A stretch of DNA of 64,000 nucleotides from Trichoplax adhaerens (lineage: Eukaryota; Animalia; Placozoa): NCBI RefSeq assembly GCF_000150275.1, contig NW_002060947.1, positions 4,746,267 through 4,810,266 on the forward strand, written 5' to 3'. The position numbers were made by a program, and so were the translations under genes. Below, in pieces: positions 52,407 to 64,000 of the stretch. The notes under the pieces were generated by a model, which saw nothing but the letters and a program-made list of their open reading frames with translations, ran no database searches and was not told the DNA's origin. The first letter of the stretch is position 1; each line of letters opens with the position of its first letter.

Positions 52407-53610
52407 TTCACTATCGATTTTGATCTCCTGATATTTGACAATAATAGCTTAGCTACAGTACAGTACGTACTGTACTGTACCGTAGCTTTGCACTGTGCAA
52501 TCTGCAACGGAGGTCAATGGTCATCGGTCACCAATGTGATCATTATTAGCATTGCTTTCAGACACGATAGTTCAAGCTAAGGTACACCCAAATGTTTGTT
52601 TCATTCCGTTTCTACGCCAGCACACAAATTGCTGTAAAGCGTAGTTTTCTGCGTTGAAATGCATTCAGGTAAGATATCTAGAATACTGTGAAGTGCGAAT
52701 AGAAAAGCAATATTGAAAGTAACTATTCAAGTGCAACCTATTCTTAGCGCTACTCCTGGATTGGTTGCACTATTCAGCCAGGATTTGCAGCTGTTGCAAT
52801 CGTCACAAGATGCGTAAAATTGTTAAATTCATTGTACAGTATAAATAAAAGTTGTATTCATGCTAAAGCTCACTACAGTAATGAATCATTTTGAAATTCA
52901 GTCCTGTAGAATGAGTAGTTGATACGATATGTTGTTCCATTGTAAGTAGCAGTTTCATTGATTAATATCTTAAAGGAGGAGGACTTGGACCCTCCTACAC
53001 GTAGCATACGTGGCACGTTATGTACGAGTACATTATTAGATATCGTAAATATTGCACGTTCATTTTGCGTGATGATTGAAATATCTTGTCGGTCAGTAAA
53101 TTTTGAACATCTTGTTTTCTTCACTTATTCTCAAGTACTATCTATAATTAGTGAAGACTTCATGGCTTATCTAGCACTACTGTATACGTACAATTGCCTC
53201 TTTCGCGTTTGTGAATGTTAAATAGTACTGTACATTAATTATCGAGTGAGTAGAGCAAGTGATCGAAATTGTAGCCCTGTGTGTTATATTTATTCTTAAT
53301 TGATATCACATCTGTTAATGTAGGCTAATTAAGTAACCTTTAGTAAGAAAATTTATGCAAGCAACGGTCCATTGCAAGAACAGTTCAGAATAACTTGAGA
53401 AATAATAACGTTCACGTCGTTTGTAAGTGTACAGTATAGAGAATGTTATAAAGTTGTTACATGTTGCAATGAACGCCTACTTTCTTCGCACCTTAGCGTT
53501 ATGTGCACTTTCAATCTTGGCTTGTAGGGTATTCACTAGCGATTCAAGTGCCCCTGTTGGTCAGCCATACGCAAAGATTACTGCTATTCAATAGTTTATA
53601 GTAAAAGATT

Positions 53611-54657
53611 ATGGCTACAATGAAAAAGGTCTTGATTACAGGTGCCTCCGGTTTATTAGGGCGAGCCATTAAGAGAGAATTTGATAATGATGCTACATGG
53701 AAAGTTTTAGGGCTTGCTTACAGCAGGGCCGGCGGTGATTTACGAAGAGTCGATTTATCTGATGTTAACGCAGTTAAAGAGGTGGTCCGTGAATTCCAAC
53801 CTGATGTAATTGTTCATGCTGCTGCAGAACGACGACCTGATATTGTTGATAAAAAAACTGACGTTGCTCGACAATTGAATGTCGATGTCAGTCGAAATTT
53901 AGCTTTGATTGCTAAAACTTTCAATTGCTTTATCCTCTACGTAAGTACAGATTATGTTTTTGATGGTTGTAACCCTCCGTATCAGCCTGCGGACCAACCA
54001 GCCCCGCTCAATACTTACGGAATGTTGAAGTGGCAAGGTGAAAAAGCAGTTTTAGAAACGTATCCCAAACGGAGTGGGATATTGCGCTTACCGATACTTT
54101 ATGGTGAAGTAGAATACCTTGAAGAAAGTGCAGTTACAGGTTAATGCAGTTACATAGAGTTAACTTTACCGGTACAATAACTACCGTATTCCGTAATACC
54201 ATATCGTTTATTGTTTGAGCATTGCTCGATTTCGATTTTATGCTGAACACTTCCTGTACTTACTCTTTTCTTATTATCAGTTTTATTGAAAGCAATTCAA
54301 AATGGAAATAAACCGGGTGAAATGTCGGATTACGAGAAACGTTACCCAACTTATGTAGGAGATGTAGCTGTAGTTATCCGACAAATTTCGGATAAAACTT
54401 TACAGGATGAAAATTTTTATGGAATTTGGCATTGGAGTGGCTTGGAAGAATTAACTAAATATCAGATGGCACTTAAAATTGCTAAGGCCTTTAATATAGA
54501 TTATAAACATTTAGTAGCAGTCAACAAACCATCTCCTGGAGCTAAGCGACCTTATAATAGTCATCTCGATATTTCTACGTTGACTCAGCTTAATTTTGGG
54601 CAACAAACTAGTTTCCAAGACGGTATTATGATTTCGTTGTCGAAATTTATATCATAA
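53611..54657 (+). CDS. MAT2B: Methionine adenosyltransferase 2 beta subunit / RmlD-like extended SDR, paralog 1 (301 aa, 2 exons)
   Basis: Exons 53611-54139 and 54281-54657 (phase 1). Motifs ITGASGLLGR, HAAAERRPD, STDYVFDG, YGMLK, LRLPILYG, RYPT, WHWSG.E.LTKY and GAKRP.N. Confidence 0.92.
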
Positions 54658-55929
54658 AACTTGGATAACAATGCCAACGTATTAGTTTTATAAACATCTG
54701 GAATATACAATTAATATCTAATCCGACTTTAAATTAATTAAAGGTATTGCAAACTGAATTACAATTGAAATATTATATTGCCTCCAGCTAAATATAAATA
54801 GGATGACGTTATCATGTAGAATTTCTGTAGTATATAAAAAGTCTATATTATGAATATGTCACCAACTCGGCTTTATAGTGCATTGCTTGTCAGAACATTC
54901 AGCTAGGTGCAGTTTACGGAATTTGCGTATGTTTTTAAAGATATCTAATGTTTAATCTGACTTTGGCTGATGATTACTGAGATTATCAACGATTAGATTA
55001 ATTCTAGTGTACTGTAACTTCATACCAGGTGTGTTGTTTAATGAAACCAAAGAATGATAACTACGTAAACACAGCGCAAACGTAGTGTACGCGAAGTATT
55101 TTATTTACATATGTAGAGTGCGCTAATGAATGTTATTTCAACATTGATAAACATTAATGCAGTTTAAGAAATATCTGTCATATGTAAGAACCCTTTAAAA
55201 CATCAATTCGGGATTGATGCAAACTAAATTATAGTCTGCAATGGACATTGTACGGTATCCTGTCGTGGTTATTAAAAATTACTATCATCATAACAAACTT
55301 AAAACATTGTGTATTCGAATTAAGACGATTTCGTTTTCGCCATTCAGGGTGCTGTTCTGAATAAGAGTAATTTTAATGTATGTTAAAGTATACTGTATGA
55401 ACTACCGTTACCGACAAAGTCTAAATCAACAGCAAATTAAAAGGCTGTTGTGAGTTTGCTAAAATCATTCGATTAATGAGCACTTTAAATAGATCCCTAT
55501 TGCACAAGGCTAATGAGAACCGTTCCTACATTGCAAAGTGTTGAGGAATTTGTTGAAGTTTTAGTAACTTGCCATGCATTTGTACGAAGGAACGCCAACG
55601 GCCGTCAGAAACATCACTTAGCTATTAGGCTATTACTTAGTAGTAATTATATTATAATTGCTATCACATACTGTACATATCTGTTCAACATTAAGGCATA
55701 AGGAAACAAGCTATTATTAACTTGAAGATCTATTTATTTACATCGTCATCTTTTACTTTACACCCTCATTAAATCAATATTTTATGCTAACAGAAACCGA
55801 ATTTGTGGAGTTGCAAAGAAACTGTTGCATTAATCGTAAAGATTTAATACTTGCTAACCCACAAATTAAATTCAACACCCTAACTTGATTCAGCTATAAT
55901 TAGCGATATAAGTTCCAAACAAAATGTGT

Positions 55930-57174
55930 TTAACTAACGTTTACAAAATTACGGAGACATTCCTGTATGCCTACCCGAAAAGGCGTATGTCTACCGAAGT
56001 TTAGTTTCATTAAATCAGAACAATCTAACTGACTGTTATTAGATCTTTTCGCTCCCGTTGGAGGCTCGCTGGCTGGCTTGATATGACTGAAATCTAAATT
56101 AAATACTTCAGCCATAATTTTGGTCATCTGATACTTTGTTAGAGCTTCAGATCCACTCCAATGCCATATACCACGAAAATCATTTTCTGATAGCGCCTTC
56201 TCACAGATTTGTCTTATAACGATCGCAATATCATCGACGAGGGTTGGATAACGCATACCATAGTCAGTGACACTTTTTGATTTAGTATTATTGAGAACTG
56301 CCTGAAAAAGAGCTGATGCCATAGAAGAAAAGTAAGGAATTAAGTAGCTTGAGGATAAAGTAAATTTACCTTAACAAAGAACGTAACGTAACTACATGCC
56401 ATACAGTAAAGTAAATTTTTGATGTGACCACACTACTCAACGCTAGGTACTACAGTAGTATGCACACTCTGCAACTGAAGGAAAATATAATGACGTACTG
56501 AAGTCATGTAACAGGCCTGTTTCGCTTTTTAAAGTATAATCAAGCTATAAAACTCATTTACATTCTAGTATTGAAGTCATCTCATATGTAATTATCCACA
56601 TGTCGGTCACTGTATTCTCTACAACATGCATAAACTTACCCGTGCACGAGCATTCAGCTAAGTTTTCAACTTGTCCATAAAGATACGGCACTCGCAGCAC
56701 TCCGCTACTTTTAGGCAGGGTTTGTAGAGTAGCTTTTTCACCTTCAAACTTGAAAATGCAGTAACTGTTTGAGGGATTTGGTACATCACTAGGCTTGTAA
56801 GGGGGACTCTTTCCATCAAAGACACCATTGGTACTAATATAGAGTAAGAAACAGTTAAATTCTTTGGCAATAGAGGCTAAATTTTGACTGACAACAACAT
56901 TAAGTTGCCTAGAAGCCTCTAATTGCTGTTCTACCACATCAGGACGTCGTTCTGCAGCAGAATGAATAATAACCGTGGGGCGAAATTCACTAACTAGAGC
57001 TCTAACAGCACCTACGTCTTTTAGATCGACCTTGCGCAGGTTTCCTTTAGCTCGAGTGAATGCAAGACCCACGCATTCCCAGCTGCCATCCACTTCAAAC
57101 TCCTTTAGGATAGCTCGGCCCAATAATCCCGAAGCACCCGTAATAAGTACTTTCTTTCTTTGATCATCTCTCAT
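55930..57174 (-). CDS. MAT2B: MAT2B / RmlD-like extended SDR, paralog 2 (305 aa, 2 exons)
   Basis: Exons 57174-56640 and 56312-55930, with the intron at the same position and phase as paralog 1. Motifs ITGASGLLGR, HSAAERRPD, STNGVFDG, YCIFK, RYPT and WHWSG. Confidence 0.9.
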
Positions 57175-57320
57175 CTTGATGACCACTTTAACTTATTGCT
57201 GTTAATTTGAACTATTCGATTTTTATTGCTAGTAAGTCGGGTAACTTTTCTTCTGGTCTGCTACAACCTACAAATCAATTTCTGCAAAATGAGGCTCGTT
57301 TGGCTGAAAGAATTGGCACT

Positions 57321-57420
57321 TGTACAGTACTGTACTGTAGGCTACAGTACAATGTACAGTGCTGTACTGTACTGTACCGTATTGTCTACAGTACAATATG
57401 CATGTGCTGTACTGTACTGT
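57321..57420. repeat. Cluster of TACTGTAC/GTACAGTA motifs between the divergent MAT2B-2 and CFAP97 genes
   Basis: Dense degenerate CTGTA/TACAG repeats in both orientations. Similar clusters occur at ~45616-45672 and ~52307-52483. Confidence 0.7.
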
Positions 57421-58289
57421 CGTGCATAAATCCCGCCAGTTTTTATTTATTTTATTTATGGCATTTATTTACAAAAGTTTACTGGCATCAGTAAGTAGCA
57501 GGTAGCAGGTAGCAGGTCTCCAAATAATGTATATTGTGCAGAAGTTATTCATCCTAATAATTAAGAATTTTCTATGAATTCTATGTAGAATTCTAATGTG
57601 CGATCTTGAATAGTAGTAGTGTATAGTATAGTATAGCATGTAGTCCATGGGCCATGACCTAGTGCAATGTTTAGAGTAAACTTTACCGTAAAGAATAACC
57701 TTCTGTTGAAATCGGAGGTCAAACGTGACATCACTGCACCGCGCTCGCCGGTCAGAACCTGAGCGGTAAAAAGAGAAGAAAATAAATACTTTTTCTTTAC
57801 CGCTACAAACAGACATATACCACAGCTGGTAGTGACATTTTGAAAATGCCAAGATCGGTGCAGTAACTATGACAGAATAGCTATAGCTATGTTTAAATTA
57901 GGGACTTTCAAGTGTTGGGAAGGCTTAATAACTGTCAACTATTCTGCAGACACCCTACGCTATAATCCACCGTCGAGGGCATAAAACCCGGAAGTTTTTA
58001 ACGGAGTGAATCCCTAGTCGAAAACACTAGGAAGATAAACTGGGTCGGAGGAACTCTAGAGTCCCATATCCAGGTGCTCTAAAAATACGGAGAATATAAT
58101 TTTGGATGGGACATCGTGCTATGGACACTCATGGAGTTAAGGGCTGATCGCTTGATGTCATTGATTGGATTGTTTACAAATACGCAGGTGCGAACTACCA
58201 ACAGAACCAACAGCGAAGTGCACCAGTGCGACTGCGTGATAATTTTGAAATGTTTACTGTAATACAGTTGCAATAGCAACGGTGTCAAC

Positions 58290-59261
58290 ATGGCGGATCT
58301 AATTGAGAAGGCAGACGGAGAAATTAGTGATCGATCGCAGGCTGAAGATGTTGATAGTAAAGCGATGGAGTTAAAAAATGGCGACTCAAGTTTAGAGAAG
58401 TTATTTGATTTAATGCTAGATATCAATGGTCGTTTGGAGCATCAAGAGGAAGAATTGAGAAGGTTGCGTGATGTAGATGAACTTTCCGAACCCGAGAGTA
58501 GGCGATCGATTGCTAGTCGAGGTTCTAAAGGGCCCAAAATACATACAGTGACTAGGGCCGCACCTGTATCAAGACAAAATATGTCGTTTACTAATCAAAA
58601 AGCCAAAGAAATAGAGAAGGAAAATCACCGTTTGCTTGCCGAAATACAGCGAAAAAAACAAAAACCCAAAGTTAAAAAACCGCCAAATCGTAAAGCAACT
58701 ACAACGACGAGTACTTCAGCCACACAACCGGCTAGAGTAACGGCCTCATTAGTCAATAGGCGAAGAGATGCTCAGAGAATACAATTTGAAAACTTGGTAA
58801 TTTATAATCTTTACCTTAATCTACTAAAGTTATATATGTTATAGGGAATAAATTGCTATCACCTTGATAGCTGTTGCGTATTTTAGTTCATACGGCAGTT
58901 TATGATAACCATATCAGTAAATGAACTTTCAGTATCATTTTAGATATTCTTATTATACTGTGTTATACTGTATTAATTGATTGACGTATTTATTATCGAT
59001 TTACTAAAATTTTAGTTATTGTTGAAGAGACTACAGAAGGCTAAACCTACAGAAACTATTCGAAAATCAACTAATGTTACTAGATCGAGACCTACCAGTG
59101 CAAATAGGAATACAAACAGGCAAAAGAAAAGAAGTAGTAGCGCAGATGCCAGGCCCTCAAGGGAGGGGGCCAATGCCGATAGCAACAGCAGATCATCATC
59201 AGCTAAGAGTAGTAAACCTACTAAACCTAAAAGCAAACCAGTCTGGGAAGCTGGATGGTAA
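58290..59261 (+). CDS. CFAP97: Cilia- and flagella-associated protein 97-like (KIAA1430 domain), ~250 aa, 2 exons
   Basis: Exons 58290-58796 and 59016-59261 (phase 0). NMSFTN..AKEIEKENHRLL and SLVNRRRDAQRIQFENL|LLLKRLQKAKPT match the family pattern. Confidence 0.8.
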
Positions 59262-62179
59262 CATTTGTCATGTTTTGAAATGTACCTACCAATGTAGTAC
59301 GCGCACCATTGTTGCTAACTTGATCATGCCATGTTACATTTCAGTAAAGTTCAATTTTTTTTCAAATGACTAATGTTAATAGCTGCATACACACTGAGAT
59401 CAATTTTGCAATTAATAATTTGTCCTATAAACTTTACTTCAGTATTTTCCTGCATCTAATTTTGTTGCGTAATCAAGACAGGATGTACTATATACGGCAT
59501 CTTTCAATCTATTCAAAGTCTGAACATTATCTTATGTTTGGTATTGCGAGTCTTATCGCGTGATAGATGCTCTACTTTTGTATCGTCATGGCGCCATTTG
59601 TCTTGTAATATTTTGTAAAAAGAATTATATTTAATTAAGTGAATTCTTTAAGGCCTGGAATAATTTTGGAATATCTTGATACTTCTTGACGTAAAATATC
59701 CAATGGAATATAAGCATGATGACAGTCATAAAATGAAAATTATCTAAAGCGAACTAATATGCTGCCATTGCAGGTTATGTTCATACTATTGTTGATAATC
59801 CTGTGAAAAATGTATAGTCGTATTTATTGAGACAATTTTACGGCAATTTCCTGTTTTGGCTGAAACTGAAGAGTATGATAATGTATTTCGTGTATTAACA
59901 TTGCGTTATCATATCCTCATTTTTAACGATTGACTTGGCTATGTAAGAATTACTTGCGATTGTAGTGAGGGTACAATATCAAATAAAATTTAGGTATCAA
60001 TATCGACCATTGTTATGATACATATTTCAATAATCTAACATTCCACCAATCATGTAAAATTCTTTGTATCATTATTACTCAATGTTTGAAGCTAACACGT
60101 ATATAAGTGAGGAATACATTTAACTCTGAGTCATTGCATGAAATAATGATCGTTTTTTATGGAATTGCTTTTATAAATTAAGAAAATTTAACTTAAGGTT
60201 GATATATTAATCGTACGAAGTTAAGTTATAATTACTAATCGACAATCAATACTTTTCTTGCTTAATAAAATTGAAAATATTCTGTTTTACATTGATTTAT
60301 AGCAGAAATGTAATATTTGACAAATTGCCAGACTTTATATAAAGTTGAACAAGAAATCCTCTTGGTTCTTTTATTAGACATGATATAGAAATATATATAT
60401 ATATACAGAGTTTGGTTTTGAAAATGGGCCATTAATTAGGCTGAGAAAGCAATATAAATTGACCATGGAGAAACTAGTATTGTTACAATCTCGAATTGGT
60501 ATTAAATAATTTTTGAAATGTTGCTGTTATTATTACGAAAAAAAGATGTAAGCAATATTAGATAAATTTAATTAATTACATGATGATTTGTTAGCAGAGG
60601 TACGAACTACTCAATTTCTATTTAAAAATTTCATTATAACCATCATTTATGTTACTATTAATACTGTTAACGCCCCGTGGCTTGCTAAAAACGAGTTTGT
60701 AATGATGCACAAAACTTAATTAATCTTAACACCTGCTATTTATTTTAATTTGGAAATAGTAGTGCAATTATAAAGATATTGGGAAATTGGATACCTTATT
60801 TCACGTTCAAAAATTTCTCTATCGTGCAGTATAATTTATTTCACACAGCCCCAAAATTTTTTGAATGTTTACATCACATTGTTCTCGTACTTTATGATAC
60901 GCTATAATTTCAACATAGTTTTTGGTTGATTTTTTCATAAGGTATATCGCAAAAATATTTATAATACAACTTCATTTGCAGAGGGTATTAAAACTTAGCT
61001 AGATTTATTTTAAATCTCAGCTACTGTAGCAAAGCTGTAATGCTTTCAAGAAATTATTAGCAAATTTGTAGTTCACACCCCATCTTCAGGATACAGAAAG
61101 AAATTTCATCACATGTAACATGTAATGTGGTGCAATTATTTAATATAAAGCTAAGTTAAAACAATTGAACATCGGATGGAATTCAATAACATAAGAGAAA
61201 TCTAACGTAATTTTTAATAACCTAAAATGGGTTGACCTTAAATCATTGAGTGAATGCTATTTCATTTTCTTCTTGAGATGATATTTACAGTTCCTAAAAA
61301 TTCAAAATTAGGTTAGAGAATTTATAGACGTTGACATTTGTATGCTTAACAATATACGTGTTCTTGCTCTTGCAGCGTTAGACAGAGAGTGAATTATTTT
61401 TATTATTATTATTAGTTTATTAGTACTGGTTTACAAATTTCTGGTACACTAATGTAGTATTACAATAAATAAATAACTAAAAGTATAAACTTTGTTCATT
61501 TTATCGCGACTAATGAATGATATATTTAAATAAAATTGTTATCTTACTCATTTACTGGGTTATTTGTTTGATGATCATAAAATTCGTTTTGAAGCTGTAG
61601 GATTGCAAACTCTATTCATCCCGAAAATACTGATATAGTTATACGATTTATTAGTAAACAGATTATATTATAAATGATTCGACAATGTCTGTATTTCGTT
61701 GCCATATTAATTAATATATACCATTAGTATAGCGATTTTTAAAGATTTGAGCGTATACAGACTTACTTTAGTTAGAGCTGTCCCCGGGTCAGACCAAGCT
61801 ATTGATAAGTTTTAATATTAATAACTTAGTAAGAATAGTTCCATCTAATTTCACAGACCATATGCTAAACTAAAGGCATCATCTATTGCCATCATGTGAT
61901 TAACTGTAGACCTATACAATCGTATGAGCAATATGTGTATTTACTACTCCAAAACATATGGTTAAGTATTCACTACTATTAGAGGCTGATACAAGTAATT
62001 AAAATAAAATGATCGTCATCCGTTGCATCATTGATATTTCTAGTAATGGAAACTGATATCCTACATTGTCGTAAATTTCTAAATTGATCGGTCATAACCA
62101 AGTCCTACACTATAATTTATTGATTTAATTCTTTAAAATACTATCACTTTTTTGAGGAATAAATCAAGCCGCCATAAAG

Positions 62180-63896
62180 ATGTCGCTATTCGCAGCCCAT
62201 CGTAAGCAAGAGGGAATTGGTTATGTTTTTCACTCAATCGGAGATTACGTCTATCATAACTTTATGCGGCTGCCAAGATCAATTATTCGCTATTTGATAC
62301 TACTGAAAGATATTTTATTGCCTTATTTTACCGCTTATCATCATCATGGCTATTACCCTTGGGTAGCAGCTGTAATTGTTAGCCTCTTGGCGTATAGCTA
62401 TGGTTTCCATGTATGGATCCTCAATTTTATTATCGTAGTCATAGGATTTGCAGTTGGATTTTTACTAGTATTATTAAGTGGCCAACACAGGCCTTTCAAA
62501 CAATTTGAAGGGTTACAGGCAGTCCAAAAAATTCTAACGGAAAAGACGGTCAGTGGTTATCTTTTGAGTTCGATATATTTATGTTCTTTACTATATCCTA
62601 AGTAACTTGCTTCTTGAATTATTTGAAGTGATTGATTTTGATTACTGTATTGCTTCATGACACAATTAAAACTCCGTTTGCACGATATAAACCTTATCAT
62701 TTCATATTACGAGATCTTTGCTTGAGGGCATACTGAATCGCTACGAAAATGTTTGCCAGCTTTGTCTCCTGCAAAATTACTTAATTTTATTCAATTAAAT
62801 GCTAATTTATCATTCCTACTAGCTAAAATTACTGCAAGCTATTTTGTTAGAAGACTGAAATTTGACACCTTATTTAAAATTTAGCTTAAGTAATTATCAG
62901 TGGTGCTGTTATTTGTTACAGTGATATTAGCATATTTGTAATGATATTGATACCAGGAGCTTACAGTGCATCGATCATATCAATCTCATAAAACCGTTGT
63001 CTCCGTTAATGTTGATAAAGCGATCCAAAGTAGTAAGTAAAAATAATTTAACGATAGCGGTTAGTCTAATATAACTTAAAATTTTTCAAGTTCTAATTGT
63101 GCGAGAAATATTCCTAAATTCCATAATTGCATTTATTTATCATTTAGTATTCGATAATCTGATTCGAGACTATGTCCTGATTTGGTATCAAAGCATCAAC
63201 AATGATAATGCGGCATTTATCGACATAATTTCGTAAGATTTATGCAGTAATGTATCTTTAAAACTATTCTCTATCAAAAATAAGCATTAAGAAGGGATTA
63301 AATCATGCTCCCTAATCATTTATAATTGAATAATTCAACAACTTATAAATATTGTATTATGTTTTTGAATTTTAATACTGTAGAACTTTATGTGATATAC
63401 GGATCCCTCTGTTTTGATATTATTTCGAATTGGAGTAACTCATTAATTTGAAAAATAAATATCAGTATTTAATGCTCGTTGCTGGATTGAGTTCATAATT
63501 TTAATTAATTTATCTCCAATGTAGTTAATAGTAATCGCACTAGATTCGTTAGTAGAGACTTAGATATTGATGAATTATTGCAATTTTCTATAAGGAATTT
63601 TTAATAAGAAGTAAAATTTGAAGCTACTGATGAGTACTAAACTAGTAATTAATCCGTCAATTGCTACTGTCTAGCCATATAGCTGAAAGTTAATGCAATA
63701 CATGCATCATACTATTGAAATGATTTTAAGATTTACTTTTATTCTCGCTGTACTTAAGCGATTAGTTTATCTTTCTAATTAAAAATATATTCAATAGTTG
63801 ATAAATCCTAAAAATGTGATCTTGAAAATTCAATCTAGGGAACAAATGTGGTTAGTGACAGAAAATATCGTCGAAAGACTGGGCAATTTAGATTTG
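62180..63896 (+). CDS. PXA-domain sorting nexin (SNX25-like), first four exons; gene runs off the window
   Basis: Exons 62180-62548 (two TM segments), 62957-63032, 63148-63232 and 63839-63896 splice in frame to ...VSVNVDKAIQSIFDNLIRDYVLIWYQSINNDNAAFIDIISEQMWLVTENIVERLGNLDL, which is the PXA signature. The subfamily (SNX25 vs SNX13/14/19) is less certain. Confidence 0.85.
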
Positions 63897-64000
63897 GTAA
63901 GAACGAAGGGGTTACTGGGAATCGGAATTCGTAGTTCTAATTATATATTTAATTACACTCCCCGGCAATATAATGATAACTTTAAATCTCATTCGATACT

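Noticed and set aside
57207-57852. Cys/Tyr/Val-rich ORFs between MAT2B-2 and CFAP97
   Set aside because: Those overlapping 57321-57420 are translation artefacts of the TACTG-type repeat cluster. The remainder shows no recognisable motif.

Overview
AT-rich, intron-containing animal genomic DNA. A placozoan (Trichoplax-like) origin is my inference from composition, short introns and gene set. Bases ~1-38,900 form a mosaic tandem-duplicated region with four minus-strand copies of a small 7-exon gene that the ORF track misses completely. Each copy splices into an 84-104 aa prepropeptide: signal peptide, Asp/Glu-rich propiece, K|K cleavage site, a Trp-capped (Arg)3-5/aromatic repeat peptide, and a G-K|K-stop amidation signal. 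The gene uses a 12-nt and a 6-nt microexon, a GC-AG intron, and a TATA box about 31 nt upstream of an Inr-like site. The architecture fits an amidated cationic antimicrobial or toxin peptide family. The copies appear to sit antisense among decayed remnants of a plus-strand adhesion-GPCR-like gene (C-type lectin, Ser/Thr stalk, GPS-like, TM segments), with two related solo-LTR-like inserts. Bases ~41,500-64,000 are ordinary single-copy genes: HDAC8, an intronless rhodopsin-class GPCR, a convergent pair of MAT2B/RmlD-like SDR paralogs, CFAP97, and the 5' part of a PXA-domain sorting nexin (SNX25-like).
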